From NCBI GenBank assembly GCA_002170005.2, contig NHGT02000015.1, forward strand, positions 48,571 to 86,043: a stretch of 37,473 bases of DNA, given 5' to 3'. Position 1 is the first letter of the stretch, and every line of letters starts with the position of its first letter. The notes below the pieces were generated by a model. The model was not told the origin of the DNA. It made no database searches and was given only the letters and a program-made list of their open reading frames with translations. The position numbers were made by a program, and so were the translations under genes. Source of the DNA: a bacterium TMED144 (GTDB taxonomy: Bacteria; Fidelibacterota; Marinisomatia; Marinisomatales; TCS55). Positions 1 to 9,320 of this stretch are shown here, piece by piece.

Positions 1-893
1 GGAATGAGACCAACTAATTCACTTCCGGTCACTCTAACTCCGCGGTCATTTGCGAGCTCGCAAACTTTATCAAAAACTTCATGGATGGTAGACTTTTTAT
101 AATTATTGAAATTAATTGAAATTTGAGCACATTTAAACTCATCAACATACCATCCGACCGCTTTTACATCTTTGAATAAGCCATTTTTTTTGATGGGCGC
201 TCCCTTTTTATCTCTAATAATTTCTCCATCAAGTAAAATAGGAGATTTTGGATCGGGTTTACGTTTACTTCTCCCCTTTTCTCTAATTTCAAATGCAATA
301 TCAGTTGCAATTCGCACATTAGCGGTGTTTAGGTTTATGTTGTAAGCTATTAGAAAATCTCGCACTCCTATAACCGTAGCACCTGACTTTTTATTGAGAA
401 TGGAAGGGCCAAAATCTGGTTTCCATTTAATATCTTTTAGTTTTTGACTTAAGCCTTCGTATTCACCTTTTCTAATGTTTGCTAAGTTTGCTCTGTTTGA
501 ATCTTTAGCTGATTTCTCATATAAAAAAACTGGAATATTTAGTTCTTCACCAACGCGTTTAGCCAAATTTTCTGAAAGCTCAATACATTCTTTTATGCTA
601 ATTCCTGAAATTGGAATAATTGGGCAAACATCTGTTGCTCCAATTCTAGAATGTGAACCATGATGTTTAGACATATCAATCAGGTCAGAAGCAATTTTAA
701 TTGCCTCAAATGCAGCAATCGATATTGATTTGGGATCTCCAACAAACGTTGTAACAGTTCTATTCGTATCAATACCTGAATCAACATCAAGAAGGGTCAC
801 CCCTTCTATGCTTTTAATTCTTTTAGAAATCGCATCAATTACTGATTTATCTCTGCCCTCGCTAAAATTAGGAACACATTCAACAAGTTTCAT
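1..893 (-). CDS. ftcD: Glutamate formimidoyltransferase (formiminotransferase domain protein), partial; the C-terminus lies beyond the window edge
   Basis: My translation of the minus strand from the ATG at 893-891 reads MKLVECVPNFSEGRDKSVIDAISKRIKSIEGVTLLDVDSGIDTNRTV...HHGSHSRIGATDVCPIIP.... This matches the characteristic N-terminus and core of the formiminotransferase family. The frame stays open to base 1. It is absent from the ORF track only because it is truncated. Confidence 0.85.
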   Translation of the reverse strand, partial: MKLVECVPNFSEGRDKSVIDAISKRIKSIEGVTLLDVDSGIDTNRTVTTFVGDPKSISIAAFEAIKIASDLIDMSKHHGSHSRIGATDVCPIIPISGISIKECIELSENLAKRVGEELNIPVFLYEKSAKDSNRANLANIRKGEYEGLSQKLKDIKWKPDFGPSILNKKSGATVIGVRDFLIAYNINLNTANVRIATDIAFEIREKGRSKRKPDPKSPILLDGEIIRDKKGAPIKKNGLFKDVKAVGWYVDEFKCAQISINFNNYKKSTIHEVFDKVCELANDRGVRVTGSELVGLI

Positions 894-1021
894 TAGGGAC
901 CTTTTGCTATATTAGTTAAATAATCAATTAAAAATAAAACTACAACCAATAAAACAATTGTGCCAATTAGTGATTTTTTGGACCTTCTTGGGGGTATGAT
1001 TTCGTTAAAAAATCTTTTCAC
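893..1021 (-). CDS. Unannotated 42-codon small membrane protein (hypothetical)
   Basis: The minus-strand ORF starts at GTG 1021-1019 and stops at TAA 895-893: VKRFFNEIIPPRRSKKSLIGTIVLLVVVLFLIDYLTNIAKGP. It has a basic N-terminus followed by one hydrophobic helix. Its start overlaps the upstream M50 gene's stop (TAGTG) and its stop overlaps the ftcD start (TAATG), so it exactly fills the gap. A GGAG lies 4 nt upstream of the GTG. It is below the ORF-track length cutoff. Confidence 0.5.
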   Translation of the reverse strand: MKRFFNEIIPPRRSKKSLIGTIVLLVVVLFLIDYLTNIAKGP

Positions 1022-1638
1022 TAAACTCCAATGAATAAATACATAAAAAAATTGACGAATGGACTCATAACCAACCAGATAGGGGAAAAATTGGTGAACA
1101 TACCAAATAAAATTAATCCCATCAATATTTGAGGTCCATACACTTGCATTTTCATGACTAATTGCGGGTTACGCTTTACCATAAAACCTGAAAAAATTTG
1201 TGATCCATCAAGTGGAGAGATAGGTATCATGTTAAAAACTGCTAATGAAATATTTATTTGTGTAAAAATATAAAGCATTGAAGTTAAAGAACCAGCGTTG
1301 CCTATAATTCTGATTAAAGTTCCTCCTATAAAAGCTAGCAACAAATTTGAAGCTGGACCTGCAAAAGCTATTTTCATCATATCTGTTCTTGGGCTTGCTA
1401 AATATCGAGAGTCAACTGGAACAGGTTTTGCCCATCCAAATCCAACAAATAAAATCATCAATGAACCAAACATATCTAAATGTGCAAGTGGATTTAAAGT
1501 CAATCGACCTGCATATTTTGCAGTAGGGTCACCCAGCCTATTGGCTACCCATCCATGCGAAAATTCATGAAAAACTAAAGCAAATAATAAAACAGGAATT
1601 AACATAGTTAAAACCTCTGGTGGTAGTCTAAATAACAT
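1021..1638 (-). CDS. Site-2 protease family (peptidase M50) integral membrane zinc metalloprotease
   Basis: 205 aa and multi-pass hydrophobic. It carries an HExxH motif (HEFSHGW) and the second M50 motif NMIPISPLDGS. Confidence 0.85.
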   Translation of the reverse strand: MLFRLPPEVLTMLIPVLLFALVFHEFSHGWVANRLGDPTAKYAGRLTLNPLAHLDMFGSLMILFVGFGWAKPVPVDSRYLASPRTDMMKIAFAGPASNLLLAFIGGTLIRIIGNAGSLTSMLYIFTQINISLAVFNMIPISPLDGSQIFSGFMVKRNPQLVMKMQVYGPQILMGLILFGMFTNFSPIWLVMSPFVNFFMYLFIGV

Positions 1639-2534
1639 TAATCATACCTCGGGTGATGTTCTTTGTGTTCGGACTTTAAAAACTCTTTATCTAAATGAGT
1701 GTATATTTGTGTAGTAGAAATATCAGTGTGTCCAAGCATTTCTTGAACTGACCTTAAATCAGCTCCGCCTTCTAATAAATGTGTTGCAAAAGAGTGTCTT
1801 AATGTGTGGGGACTTACAATTTTTTCTACTTGGGCATTTTTGGTCCATTTCTTCAATAAAATCCAAACCATCATTCTGGTTAGTTTTTTTCCATTTCTAC
1901 TCAAAAAAACTTCAGCAGACTTGGGATTTTTCTTTAACAAAATTCGACGTTCATTCTCAATGTAATTCTTTAGGTTTTCTTTTGCAATTGGGCCAAATGG
2001 TATATACCTAATTTTCTTTCCTTTTCCTTGAATTTTAATTAAATCTGAATCCCAAAGAATATCTTTCATCTTAAATTCACATAATTCCGTAACTCGTAAA
2101 CCGCATGAATATAATAATTCAAAAATCGCAACATCTCTAAGGTAAAGAGGTGAATCTTTTGGAATGGAATCCAAAATTTTGTCAATTTCATCGACAGTTA
2201 AAAAATTGGGTAATTTCTGGGATGATTTTGGAGCATGAAGGAGTAAGGTTGGATTATTCTTTGTGTAACCTTCAGAGCTTAAAAAATTATGAAACGTTCT
2301 AATCGATGAAATATTTCTTTTTACTGAATTCGCAGAAAGACCATTGTCGTTGAGATGGCGGATGTATGATCTGATATGCCCCAATGAAACATCGCTAATG
2401 GAGCCTATGTTTAAAATTTCTTTAACAAAAGATCTATATTTCTTAAGATCCCTTTTGTAAGAATCTAATGAGTTATAGGCGAGATTTCTCTCTACTTTAA
2501 GTATAGATAAATATTCTTCAATGTATTTATTCAT
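1638..2534 (-). CDS. xerD: Site-specific tyrosine recombinase, XerC/XerD type
   Basis: 298 aa with an N-terminal SAM-like core-binding domain. The catalytic region contains HTLRHSFATHLLEGGADLRSVQEMLGH...TTQIYTHL and the protein ends in HHPR. There are no flanking phage or IS genes, so I call it a housekeeping Xer. The choice between XerC and XerD is uncertain. Confidence 0.75.
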   Translation of the reverse strand: MNKYIEEYLSILKVERNLAYNSLDSYKRDLKKYRSFVKEILNIGSISDVSLGHIRSYIRHLNDNGLSANSVKRNISSIRTFHNFLSSEGYTKNNPTLLLHAPKSSQKLPNFLTVDEIDKILDSIPKDSPLYLRDVAIFELLYSCGLRVTELCEFKMKDILWDSDLIKIQGKGKKIRYIPFGPIAKENLKNYIENERRILLKKNPKSAEVFLSRNGKKLTRMMVWILLKKWTKNAQVEKIVSPHTLRHSFATHLLEGGADLRSVQEMLGHTDISTTQIYTHLDKEFLKSEHKEHHPRYD

Positions 2535-2535
2535 T

Positions 2536-3105
2536 TTACTCCATTAATATTTTTTCAACACTTTCACAAAGTATATGCTCAATCAATAAATGGGCTTCTT
2601 GAATTCTTTGTGTATCATCGCTTGGTACTTTAATGACACAATCTCCCATATTTGCTATTTTGCCCCCAGAGCCGCCAGTCAAAACAATTGAATTTATATT
2701 TTTCTTTTTTGCAAGCCTCAATGTCTCAATGATATTTTTTGAATTTCCGCTTGTTGAAATAGCAACAATTAAATCACCCTTTTCAGCAAGGCCATCTAAT
2801 TGTCTTGAAAATATTTCATCATAGCTTGTATCATTGGACCAAGCAGTTATAAACGAGGAATCTGTTGTTAATGCGATTGATTTAATTGGTCTTCTATTAT
2901 GAGAACGCAATCCACCCATCAATTCTGCTGCCATATGCTGCGAATCAGCAGCAGAGCCTCCATTTCCACACCAAAAGATACTTTTATTCTCTTTTGCTGT
3001 TTTTATCATTAATTCAACAGATGATTGAATATCAATCAAACAAGATTCAATAACTTTTTTCTTAGTAGCTATACTATTTTCTATTGCTCCTTTAATATCT
3101 AACAT
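2536..3105 (-). CDS. gmhA: D-sedoheptulose-7-phosphate isomerase (SIS domain phosphoheptose isomerase)
   Basis: 189 aa SIS-domain protein with the GmhA-type motif CGNGGSAADSQHMAAEL and ISTSGNS. Confidence 0.85.
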   Translation of the reverse strand: MLDIKGAIENSIATKKKVIESCLIDIQSSVELMIKTAKENKSIFWCGNGGSAADSQHMAAELMGGLRSHNRRPIKSIALTTDSSFITAWSNDTSYDEIFSRQLDGLAEKGDLIVAISTSGNSKNIIETLRLAKKKNINSIVLTGGSGGKIANMGDCVIKVPSDDTQRIQEAHLLIEHILCESVEKILME

Positions 3106-3106
3106 T

Positions 3107-3490
3107 TCAACTATCTTTTAAGGAATATTCTTGATATTCATCATAATTCATCAGCTCATTTATTTCGTCATTATTTTCTATTTTTAGTTTGACTATCCAA
3201 CCTTTAGTATAAGGATCTGAATTAACAAGATCTGGGTTAGAATCTAGGTTTTCATTTATTTCAATGACTTTTCCAGAAACTGGCGCAAAAAGGTCAGCTA
3301 CGGTTTTAACTGCTTCAATCGCTCCAAAAGATTCTGATGCAGTAAGTTTAACAGATAATTCAGGCATCTCAACAAAAACAATATCTCCTAGCTGGCTTTG
3401 AGCGTAATCTGTTATTCCAACAGTGGCTAAGTCTTCTTGAAGATTTAGCCATTCATGATCTTTAGTAAATTTAAATTTTTTATAATCCAT
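3107..3490 (-). CDS. gcvH: Glycine cleavage system H protein (lipoyl carrier)
   Basis: 127 aa starting ...FTKDHEWL.... The lipoyl-lysine context is GAIEAVKTVADLFAPVSG. The size and motif order are typical of GcvH. Confidence 0.9.
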   Translation of the reverse strand: MDYKKFKFTKDHEWLNLQEDLATVGITDYAQSQLGDIVFVEMPELSVKLTASESFGAIEAVKTVADLFAPVSGKVIEINENLDSNPDLVNSDPYTKGWIVKLKIENNDEINELMNYDEYQEYSLKDS

Positions 3491-3496
3491 AATAAA

Positions 3497-4852
3497 TTAT
3501 TCTTCCTTACAGTTAAATACAAAATTATCTAAAAAACTTGTATCGAAATCGCCTTCTACAAATTTTTCATTTTTCATTATTTGCTTATGAAAAGGTATCG
3601 TTGTTTTTGGACCTTCAATAACCATTTCTGATAATGCTCTACTCATTCTTTCAATAGCTGATTTTCGATCATTAGAATGAACAATCAATTTTCCAATCAA
3701 AGAGTCATAATAAGGCGAGATCTCATATCCAGCATATGCATGAGAATCCATTCTTACTCCTTTACCACCAGGGATATGAAAATCAGTTATCACCATTGGA
3801 GAAGGAGCAAAATTCATGATAGGATCCTCAGCATTTATTCTACATTCTATAGAATGCCCTCTGAGTTTTATTTGTTTCATATACTCTGGAAATTTTTCTC
3901 CAGCATGCATTTTAATCTGCCATTTAATTAAATCGACTCCAGTGACCATCTCAGTGATTGGGTGCTCCACCTGAATACGTGTATTCATTTCCATAAAATA
4001 AAAATCTTTATTTTTATCAAGTAAAAATTCAATTGTACCCACTCCAACATAATCTACAAAATTTGCACCAGCGACCGCCGCATCACCCATTAGTTTTCTA
4101 AGCTTTGTGTTGACAATGGGCGAAGGAGATTCTTCAATTAGTTTTTGATGCCTTCTTTGAATAGAACATTCTCTTTCGCCTAAACTAACAGCATTTCCAT
4201 AAGAGTCTGCAAGCAATTGAATTTCAATGTGTCTAGGATTTTCAATGAATTTTTCCATGTACATGTCACCATTATTAAATGATGTTTTAGCTTCGGAGCT
4301 TGCTAGTTTGAATAGATTTTCTATTTCACTTTCTTTACTAACAAACCTCATTCCTCTTCCACCACCTCCGGCAGAGGCTTTTAACATTACTGGATATCCT
4401 ATCTCTTTGGCTAATCTCATAGCATCATCTGATGTTTCAATTATTCCATCGCTACCAGGTATAACAGGTACGCCAGCCTTTTGCATGGTTTTTTTTGCTT
4501 GGGCTTTATCTCCCATAGCATCAATAATTTCTGGCTTAGGTCCTAGAAAGGTGAACCCATTCTCTTCGCAAATATTAGAAAAGTCAGAGTTCTCAGCCAA
4601 AAATCCATAGCCTGGATGAATTGCATCTGCATTTGTAATTTCACCTGCAGTTATAATTCTGGGTATATTTAAATAAGAATCATTTCCTCTGGGAGGGCCA
4701 ATGCACACTGCTTCATCTGCATATTTAACATGTAATGATTTGTCATCAGCAGTAGAATAAACAGCAACAGTTTTTATATTCATTTCTCTGCATGCTCGAA
4801 TGACTCTCAGGGCAATTTCACCTCTGTTTGCAACAAGAACCTTTTTAAACAC
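3497..4852 (-). CDS. accC: Acetyl-CoA carboxylase, biotin carboxylase subunit
   Basis: 451 aa with N-terminus (GTG)[20 protein letters not shown]. The ATP-grasp core contains GGGGRGMR and [14 protein letters not shown]. The start codon is GTG at 4852-4850. Confidence 0.95.
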   Translation of the reverse strand: MFKKVLVANRGEIALRVIRACREMNIKTVAVYSTADDKSLHVKYADEAVCIGPPRGNDSYLNIPRIITAGEITNADAIHPGYGFLAENSDFSNICEENGFTFLGPKPEIIDAMGDKAQAKKTMQKAGVPVIPGSDGIIETSDDAMRLAKEIGYPVMLKASAGGGGRGMRFVSKESEIENLFKLASSEAKTSFNNGDMYMEKFIENPRHIEIQLLADSYGNAVSLGERECSIQRRHQKLIEESPSPIVNTKLRKLMGDAAVAGANFVDYVGVGTIEFLLDKNKDFYFMEMNTRIQVEHPITEMVTGVDLIKWQIKMHAGEKFPEYMKQIKLRGHSIECRINAEDPIMNFAPSPMVITDFHIPGGKGVRMDSHAYAGYEISPYYDSLIGKLIVHSNDRKSAIERMSRALSEMVIEGPKTTIPFHKQIMKNEKFVEGDFDTSFLDNFVFNCKEE

Positions 4853-4859
4853 AAAAAAC

Positions 4860-5318
4860 CTATGAGGGTTTTATTTCGAATAATGGTTGATTGTATTCTA
4901 CAGATTTACCATTTTCAACTAATATTTTAATTATTCTTCCGCTCTGCTCAGCTTCGATATTATTCATTATTTTCATAGCTTCAATTATGCACAAAGTATC
5001 TCCCTCCACAACTAGATCACCTTTTTTTACAAATGGATTAGCCTCGGGCGAAGGAGCGGCATAAAATGTACCTGGCATGGGAGATAATATTTTTTCGCCA
5101 TTTTCCTCATCTGTGCTTGAGGAAGTTTCAAAAGATTCTGCATTATCTTTAGATTGATCAAGAACTACAGGAACAGAATTGTTATTTTCAGAGGCAGTCA
5201 AAGCTAATCCAGAGTTTTTAACAACTCTATACCTTGTTCCCCAAAAAGATAAATCTATTTCATTCACATTACTGTTTTCTAGAATATAAATTATTTCTTT
5301 AAGTTTGTCTTTCCACAT
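4860..5318 (-). CDS. accB: Acetyl-CoA carboxylase, biotin carboxyl carrier protein
   Basis: 152 aa with a C-terminal biotinyl domain carrying the EAMKIMN biotinylation motif. It sits immediately upstream of accC. Confidence 0.9.
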   Translation of the reverse strand: MWKDKLKEIIYILENSNVNEIDLSFWGTRYRVVKNSGLALTASENNNSVPVVLDQSKDNAESFETSSSTDEENGEKILSPMPGTFYAAPSPEANPFVKKGDLVVEGDTLCIIEAMKIMNNIEAEQSGRIIKILVENGKSVEYNQPLFEIKPS

Positions 5319-5363
5319 ATTATTCTCTAATTATATTTGTGTTATACATATTTGAAAATACAA

Positions 5364-5927
5364 TTAAGATTTAAGCCTTTCAATGTATTCTCCCGTTCGG
5401 GTATCAATTTTTAAAATATCGCCTTCAACTACAAAAAGTGGGACTTGAACTAAATATTCTGTTTCAACTTTTGCAGGTTTTGTTGCTCCTGTTGCAGTGT
5501 TACCTTTGATGCCTGGCTCTGTTTCAATAACTTTAAGATTAATATGTGCGGGTAGTCTGATATCTAATATTTCACTACCATCAAACAATAAATCTACATT
5601 CATTCCATCTTTAAGAAAATTAACATTCTTCCCAATTATGTTATCTAAAACACTAACTTGTTCAAAAGTTTGATTATCCATAAAGAAATGAGAATCAGTG
5701 TCGCTATATAAATATTGCATTTCTTTTGCCTCGATTTTTAAAAATTCTAATTTAACACCTGAGTTAAATGTCTCATCAATTACTTTTCCTGTTAATATAT
5801 CTTTTAATTTTGTTCTAACAAATGCTGGCCCTTTTCCTGGCTTTACATGCAAGAATTCTACAACCTTCATTCTTTTATTCTTATGAAAAATTACTGAACC
5901 ATTTTTTATATTTGATGTTGTTGCCAT
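5364..5927 (-). CDS. efp: Translation elongation factor P
   Basis: 187 aa with the VKPGKGPAFVRTKLK loop and the three-domain EF-P layout. The efp-accB-accC neighbourhood is widely conserved. Confidence 0.95.
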   Translation of the reverse strand: MATTSNIKNGSVIFHKNKRMKVVEFLHVKPGKGPAFVRTKLKDILTGKVIDETFNSGVKLEFLKIEAKEMQYLYSDTDSHFFMDNQTFEQVSVLDNIIGKNVNFLKDGMNVDLLFDGSEILDIRLPAHINLKVIETEPGIKGNTATGATKPAKVETEYLVQVPLFVVEGDILKIDTRTGEYIERLKS

Positions 5928-5954
5928 GTCTTCCTTTTAATTTCCTAACTAAAA

Positions 5955-6896
5955 CTAACTAATATTATTGCTTTCTTTTATAGATTTTAGAATGTTTCTA
6001 ATTATAACTAAATCTTTTTTTATAAAATCTAAATTTTTTTTCTTTTTAGCATATTTAACCATGTCTGAAAATTTTAAAATTGTCAGCAATTCAATAAAGT
6101 TTTTTTCATTTAAGCCAATCATTGATTTATTATCATTGATTTCTTTTGTTGTCATTTCTAGTGCTTTTATGTAATAATAATTTTCCATAAAATTTCTTAT
6201 AATTAAAGAAATTCTGACATAAATGTCTTTAAAGTCGCTTTCATGATGAATATCTTTCTCCAAAGAATTTATTTTATCTAAAGAGGAAGATAAAGGGTCT
6301 TGGAATGTTTTAGGGTTGTTATTTTCTTTCTCAGATAATAATAATCTTGAACGCCACACTTTTACTATTAAAAGTGAGACGACAATCAATATCAAAATTG
6401 AAACAATTATAAAAAAAGAGAAAATCTTAATTTGGACAGGATCTCTAATTGGCAATAGCTCCCCGTTTGAAATAGATTCTAAACTTGGAATTTTTGATTT
6501 TACTGATAACACTTCAACAAACAGAGAATCAGAATATAAATTATAATCGAAAATACTATCATCTGACATGACTTCAATCTCTAAACTTGGTAGTGCAAAT
6601 TGACCAGTATCCCAAAAGGTAACCTTAAAGGTTTTTTTTATAAAATTGTCATTATCCTCAAAGCCCAATGAATCAATTTCATAGTAATTTTTTAAAACAA
6701 GTTTCTTTGTTTTTATGATTTTATTTTCAGGTTTTTGAATCAAAAAAGAATATTTTACTGGTTCACCTATTGTGGTGATGGCAGTATCTAGTTCAGTTAG
6801 AACAAAAGAGGAGCTAGTCTCAGATTCGTCATTACATGATAAGAAATAAACTGAAAAGATCAGAAAGATTTTGTCAAAAAATCTACTTCTTGCCAC
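5955..6896 (-). CDS. Membrane protein with a BatD-like exported N-terminal domain, one TM helix and a DUF4381-like C-terminal domain (hypothetical)
   Basis: 313 aa with a GTG start at 6896-6894. It has a signal/lipobox-like N-terminus (FSVYFLSCN). The beta-rich exported segment reads TFKVTFWDTGQFALPSLEIEV. A central TM helix (IFSFFIIVSILILIVVSLLIV) follows. The cytoplasmic tail (IYVRISLIIRNFMENYY...EMTTKEI...LKFSDMVKYAKKK) resembles the DUF4381 pattern found in Bat/MoxR operons. It overlaps the DUF58 gene by 14 nt. The family assignment rests on motif recollection only. Confidence 0.5.
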   Translation of the reverse strand: MARSRFFDKIFLIFSVYFLSCNDESETSSSFVLTELDTAITTIGEPVKYSFLIQKPENKIIKTKKLVLKNYYEIDSLGFEDNDNFIKKTFKVTFWDTGQFALPSLEIEVMSDDSIFDYNLYSDSLFVEVLSVKSKIPSLESISNGELLPIRDPVQIKIFSFFIIVSILILIVVSLLIVKVWRSRLLLSEKENNNPKTFQDPLSSSLDKINSLEKDIHHESDFKDIYVRISLIIRNFMENYYYIKALEMTTKEINDNKSMIGLNEKNFIELLTILKFSDMVKYAKKKKNLDFIKKDLVIIRNILKSIKESNNIS

Positions 6897-7755
6897 GTTT
6901 CTTAAAGTAATTAATTATTGGTCCAACATAATCTTCTGCAGTATCAATTTCAATAAGATCAATTTTATCTTTCTTACATTTATTTCTAAATTTTTTAAAA
7001 TTGTTTTTAATTTTAATTGATAATGAGTTTCTCATAGCTTTTGAGTTAGAGTTAATCCAATGCTCTTGATTGTTTTCTTCATCAAAAATTTTAAACAAAC
7101 CGATGTTTGGAAAATTTAATTCTGCAGGGTCAGAAATTTTTATTCCAATCAAGTCATTTTTTTTATTTATTATTTTCAAAGGTTTCCAAAAACCTTTATC
7201 TATAAAATCAGATATTACAAAAACAATGGATCTTCTTTTTGATACTTGCATTAAAAAATTTAATGCTTTAGATATGTCTGTTTTTAAAAAACTGGGTTTA
7301 TGAAATAAAATTTCTCTTATTACTCTGAGAACATGAGATCTATTTTTTTGTGGAGGGATGAATTTTTCTACTTCTTCACTAAATAAAATCAATCCTACTT
7401 TATCCTTATTTTTTGTTGCAGAAAAACTCAAAATTGCTGCAACTTCAGCTATAATATCTGATTTCAAGCGATTAATTGATCCAAAATCACCTGAGGCGCT
7501 AATATCAACTAACAAATAAACAGTAAGCTCTCTTTCTTCTTCTAAAATTTTTATATAAGGGCCATTATTTCTTGCAGTTACATTCCAATCAATCATACGA
7601 ATATCATCTCCAGCAGAGTATTCTCTGACTTCAGAAAAAGTCATACCTTGGCCTTTAAAAATAGATTGATATTTCCCCCCAAATAGATCGTTAACCAATC
7701 CCTTGGTTCTAATTTCAACATTTCTTACTTTTTTGAAAATTTCTTTAGGAATCAA
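6883..7755 (-). CDS. DUF58 domain protein (VWA-like partner of MoxR ATPases)
   Basis: 290 aa with the hallmark FSEVREYSAGDDIRMIDWNVTAR motif and a following VWA-like DxSxS stretch (LLVDISASGD). The apparent start is TTG at 7755-7753. It lies directly downstream of the MoxR gene. Confidence 0.85.
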   Translation of the reverse strand: MIPKEIFKKVRNVEIRTKGLVNDLFGGKYQSIFKGQGMTFSEVREYSAGDDIRMIDWNVTARNNGPYIKILEEERELTVYLLVDISASGDFGSINRLKSDIIAEVAAILSFSATKNKDKVGLILFSEEVEKFIPPQKNRSHVLRVIREILFHKPSFLKTDISKALNFLMQVSKRRSIVFVISDFIDKGFWKPLKIINKKNDLIGIKISDPAELNFPNIGLFKIFDEENNQEHWINSNSKAMRNSLSIKIKNNFKKFRNKCKKDKIDLIEIDTAEDYVGPIINYFKKRGKK

Positions 7756-7757
7756 AT

Positions 7758-8753
7758 CTATGGTATTTCTATTGTTTCAAATAAACGCTGAACAATATCT
7801 TCCTCTAATAATTCTTCTGCTTCTGCTTCGTAGGTTAATGACAATCTATGACAAAGCACGTCCTTACCAATATATCTTACATCTTCAGGTATAACGTAAC
7901 CTCTGCGCTCAATAAAAGCTTTCGCTTTCGCTGCAAGAATTAAATTAATAGATGCTCTTGGGCTTGCTCCAATTTTTATTAATTGAGACAAATCATTTAG
8001 ACCGTAATTCTTTGGCTGCCTAGTCGCAAAGACTAAATCTAAAACATATTCTTCAACTTTCTCATCAACATATATTTCATCAATCAGGTTTTGAGCATTG
8101 ATTATATTTTTTGTTTTAATGGTTTTTTTAACATCTTCTACCTTATTAGTTTTAGCAGCTCTATTTAGGATTTCTTTTTCTTCTTTTTTGCTTGGATAAT
8201 CAACTTTTAACTTCATCATAAATCTGTCTAGCTGAGCTTCAGGTAATGGATATGTGCCTTCTTGTTCTAATGGGTTTTGAGTCGCGATTACAACAAATGG
8301 GGATTCCAGAAAAAAAGTGTCCTCACTTATTGTTACTTGTTTTTCCTGCATACATTCCAACAAAGCACTTTGAACTTTTGAAGGAGCTCTATTTATTTCG
8401 TCAGCAAGGATAATATTAGAAAAAATTGGACCTTTTCTAGTTTCAAATTTTCCAAGTTTTTGATTAAAAATCAAAGTTCCAAGCAAGTCTGCTGGTAACA
8501 TGTCTGGGGTGAATTGAATTCGTTGAAAGTTTGTTTCAATTGTTCTCGCAAAAACATTTACTGTTAATGTTTTTGCTAATCCAGGGACACCTTCCAATAA
8601 CAAGTGTCCTTTTGATAACACTCCAATCAAAATTTTATCGATTAATTCATTTTGGCCAACAATCACATCTCCAATAGAGTTTTTAATTACTTCAACAAAT
8701 TTGGATTCTTTTTCAATCTTTTCGTTAATTTTGGCTATACTAAAGTCTGACAT
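7758..8753 (-). CDS. MoxR-family AAA+ ATPase
   Basis: 331 aa. Walker A is EGVPGLAKT and Walker B is ILADEINRA. The typical MoxR C-terminal region is GASPRASINL. Confidence 0.9.
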   Translation of the reverse strand: MSDFSIAKINEKIEKESKFVEVIKNSIGDVIVGQNELIDKILIGVLSKGHLLLEGVPGLAKTLTVNVFARTIETNFQRIQFTPDMLPADLLGTLIFNQKLGKFETRKGPIFSNIILADEINRAPSKVQSALLECMQEKQVTISEDTFFLESPFVVIATQNPLEQEGTYPLPEAQLDRFMMKLKVDYPSKKEEKEILNRAAKTNKVEDVKKTIKTKNIINAQNLIDEIYVDEKVEEYVLDLVFATRQPKNYGLNDLSQLIKIGASPRASINLILAAKAKAFIERRGYVIPEDVRYIGKDVLCHRLSLTYEAEAEELLEEDIVQRLFETIEIP

Positions 8754-8767
8754 ATTAATTACTCAAT

Positions 8768-9277
8768 TTAATTTTTAAAAAAAGGCATTTCATCAATATT
8801 TATTCCCAAATTATCTAATTCCCAGCGAACAGACAATGCAAGCTCATGGTCTGGATAATCGTCTAGAAATTTTAAGTATAGCTTTTCAGCCATTTGCAAA
8901 TCAGACAAAGAATTATGATAAATAAACCCTTGCATAAATAAAGATGATGCAGCGTTTTTGTGAAGAGGAAATGATTTGCAAAAATTATCATACTCTTCAA
9001 TGGCTCGATTAAAATCTTTTAAGTCATGGTAGAAAATTTCAGCCAATAGCAAGTTAGATTTTACTAAAATCTCTTCATCAGTACTTGAATTAACTAATTT
9101 CCTTAATATATCAGCTGCTTTTTTAAAATTTTTTTCATTTCTTTCTACAATTGCATTAGAAAAGAGTTTTTCAGGCGAACTGCTTATATCACAACCATGT
9201 AACATTAATAATCCAATTAGAAAGACATTAAGTTGGGTATTTTTAAAAATAGTTAAGTATTTTTTTAAGATTTTCAT
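8768..9277 (-). CDS. Small TPR-like lipoprotein (BamD/YbgF-like; hypothetical)
   Basis: 169 aa. It has a signal peptide ending in a lipobox-like LMLHGC. Helical repeats contain the FxxxFPxH / FLDDYPDHELA signature seen in BamD/YbgF-type TPR proteins. It is much shorter than canonical BamD. Confidence 0.5.
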   Translation of the reverse strand: MKILKKYLTIFKNTQLNVFLIGLLMLHGCDISSSPEKLFSNAIVERNEKNFKKAADILRKLVNSSTDEEILVKSNLLLAEIFYHDLKDFNRAIEEYDNFCKSFPLHKNAASSLFMQGFIYHNSLSDLQMAEKLYLKFLDDYPDHELALSVRWELDNLGINIDEMPFFKN

Positions 9278-9320
9278 TAGGCAAATTATAAATAAACTTT
9301 TTATTTTGTAATTATTTCAT

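Noticed and set aside
1638-2534. The tyrosine recombinase could mark an integrated mobile element or genomic island.
   Set aside because: The sequence has the XerC/XerD housekeeping signature. It is embedded by 1-nt overlaps and gaps in an array of core genes. There is no adjacent tRNA, no direct repeats and no phage, IS or cargo genes.
5319-5363. A perfect TATAAT (5335-5330) lies upstream of accB, with a weak TTTTCA -35 at 17-nt spacing.
   Set aside because: The -35 is poor and the gap is only 45 nt of AT-rich sequence. It is plausible as an internal accBC promoter but not supportable from sequence alone.
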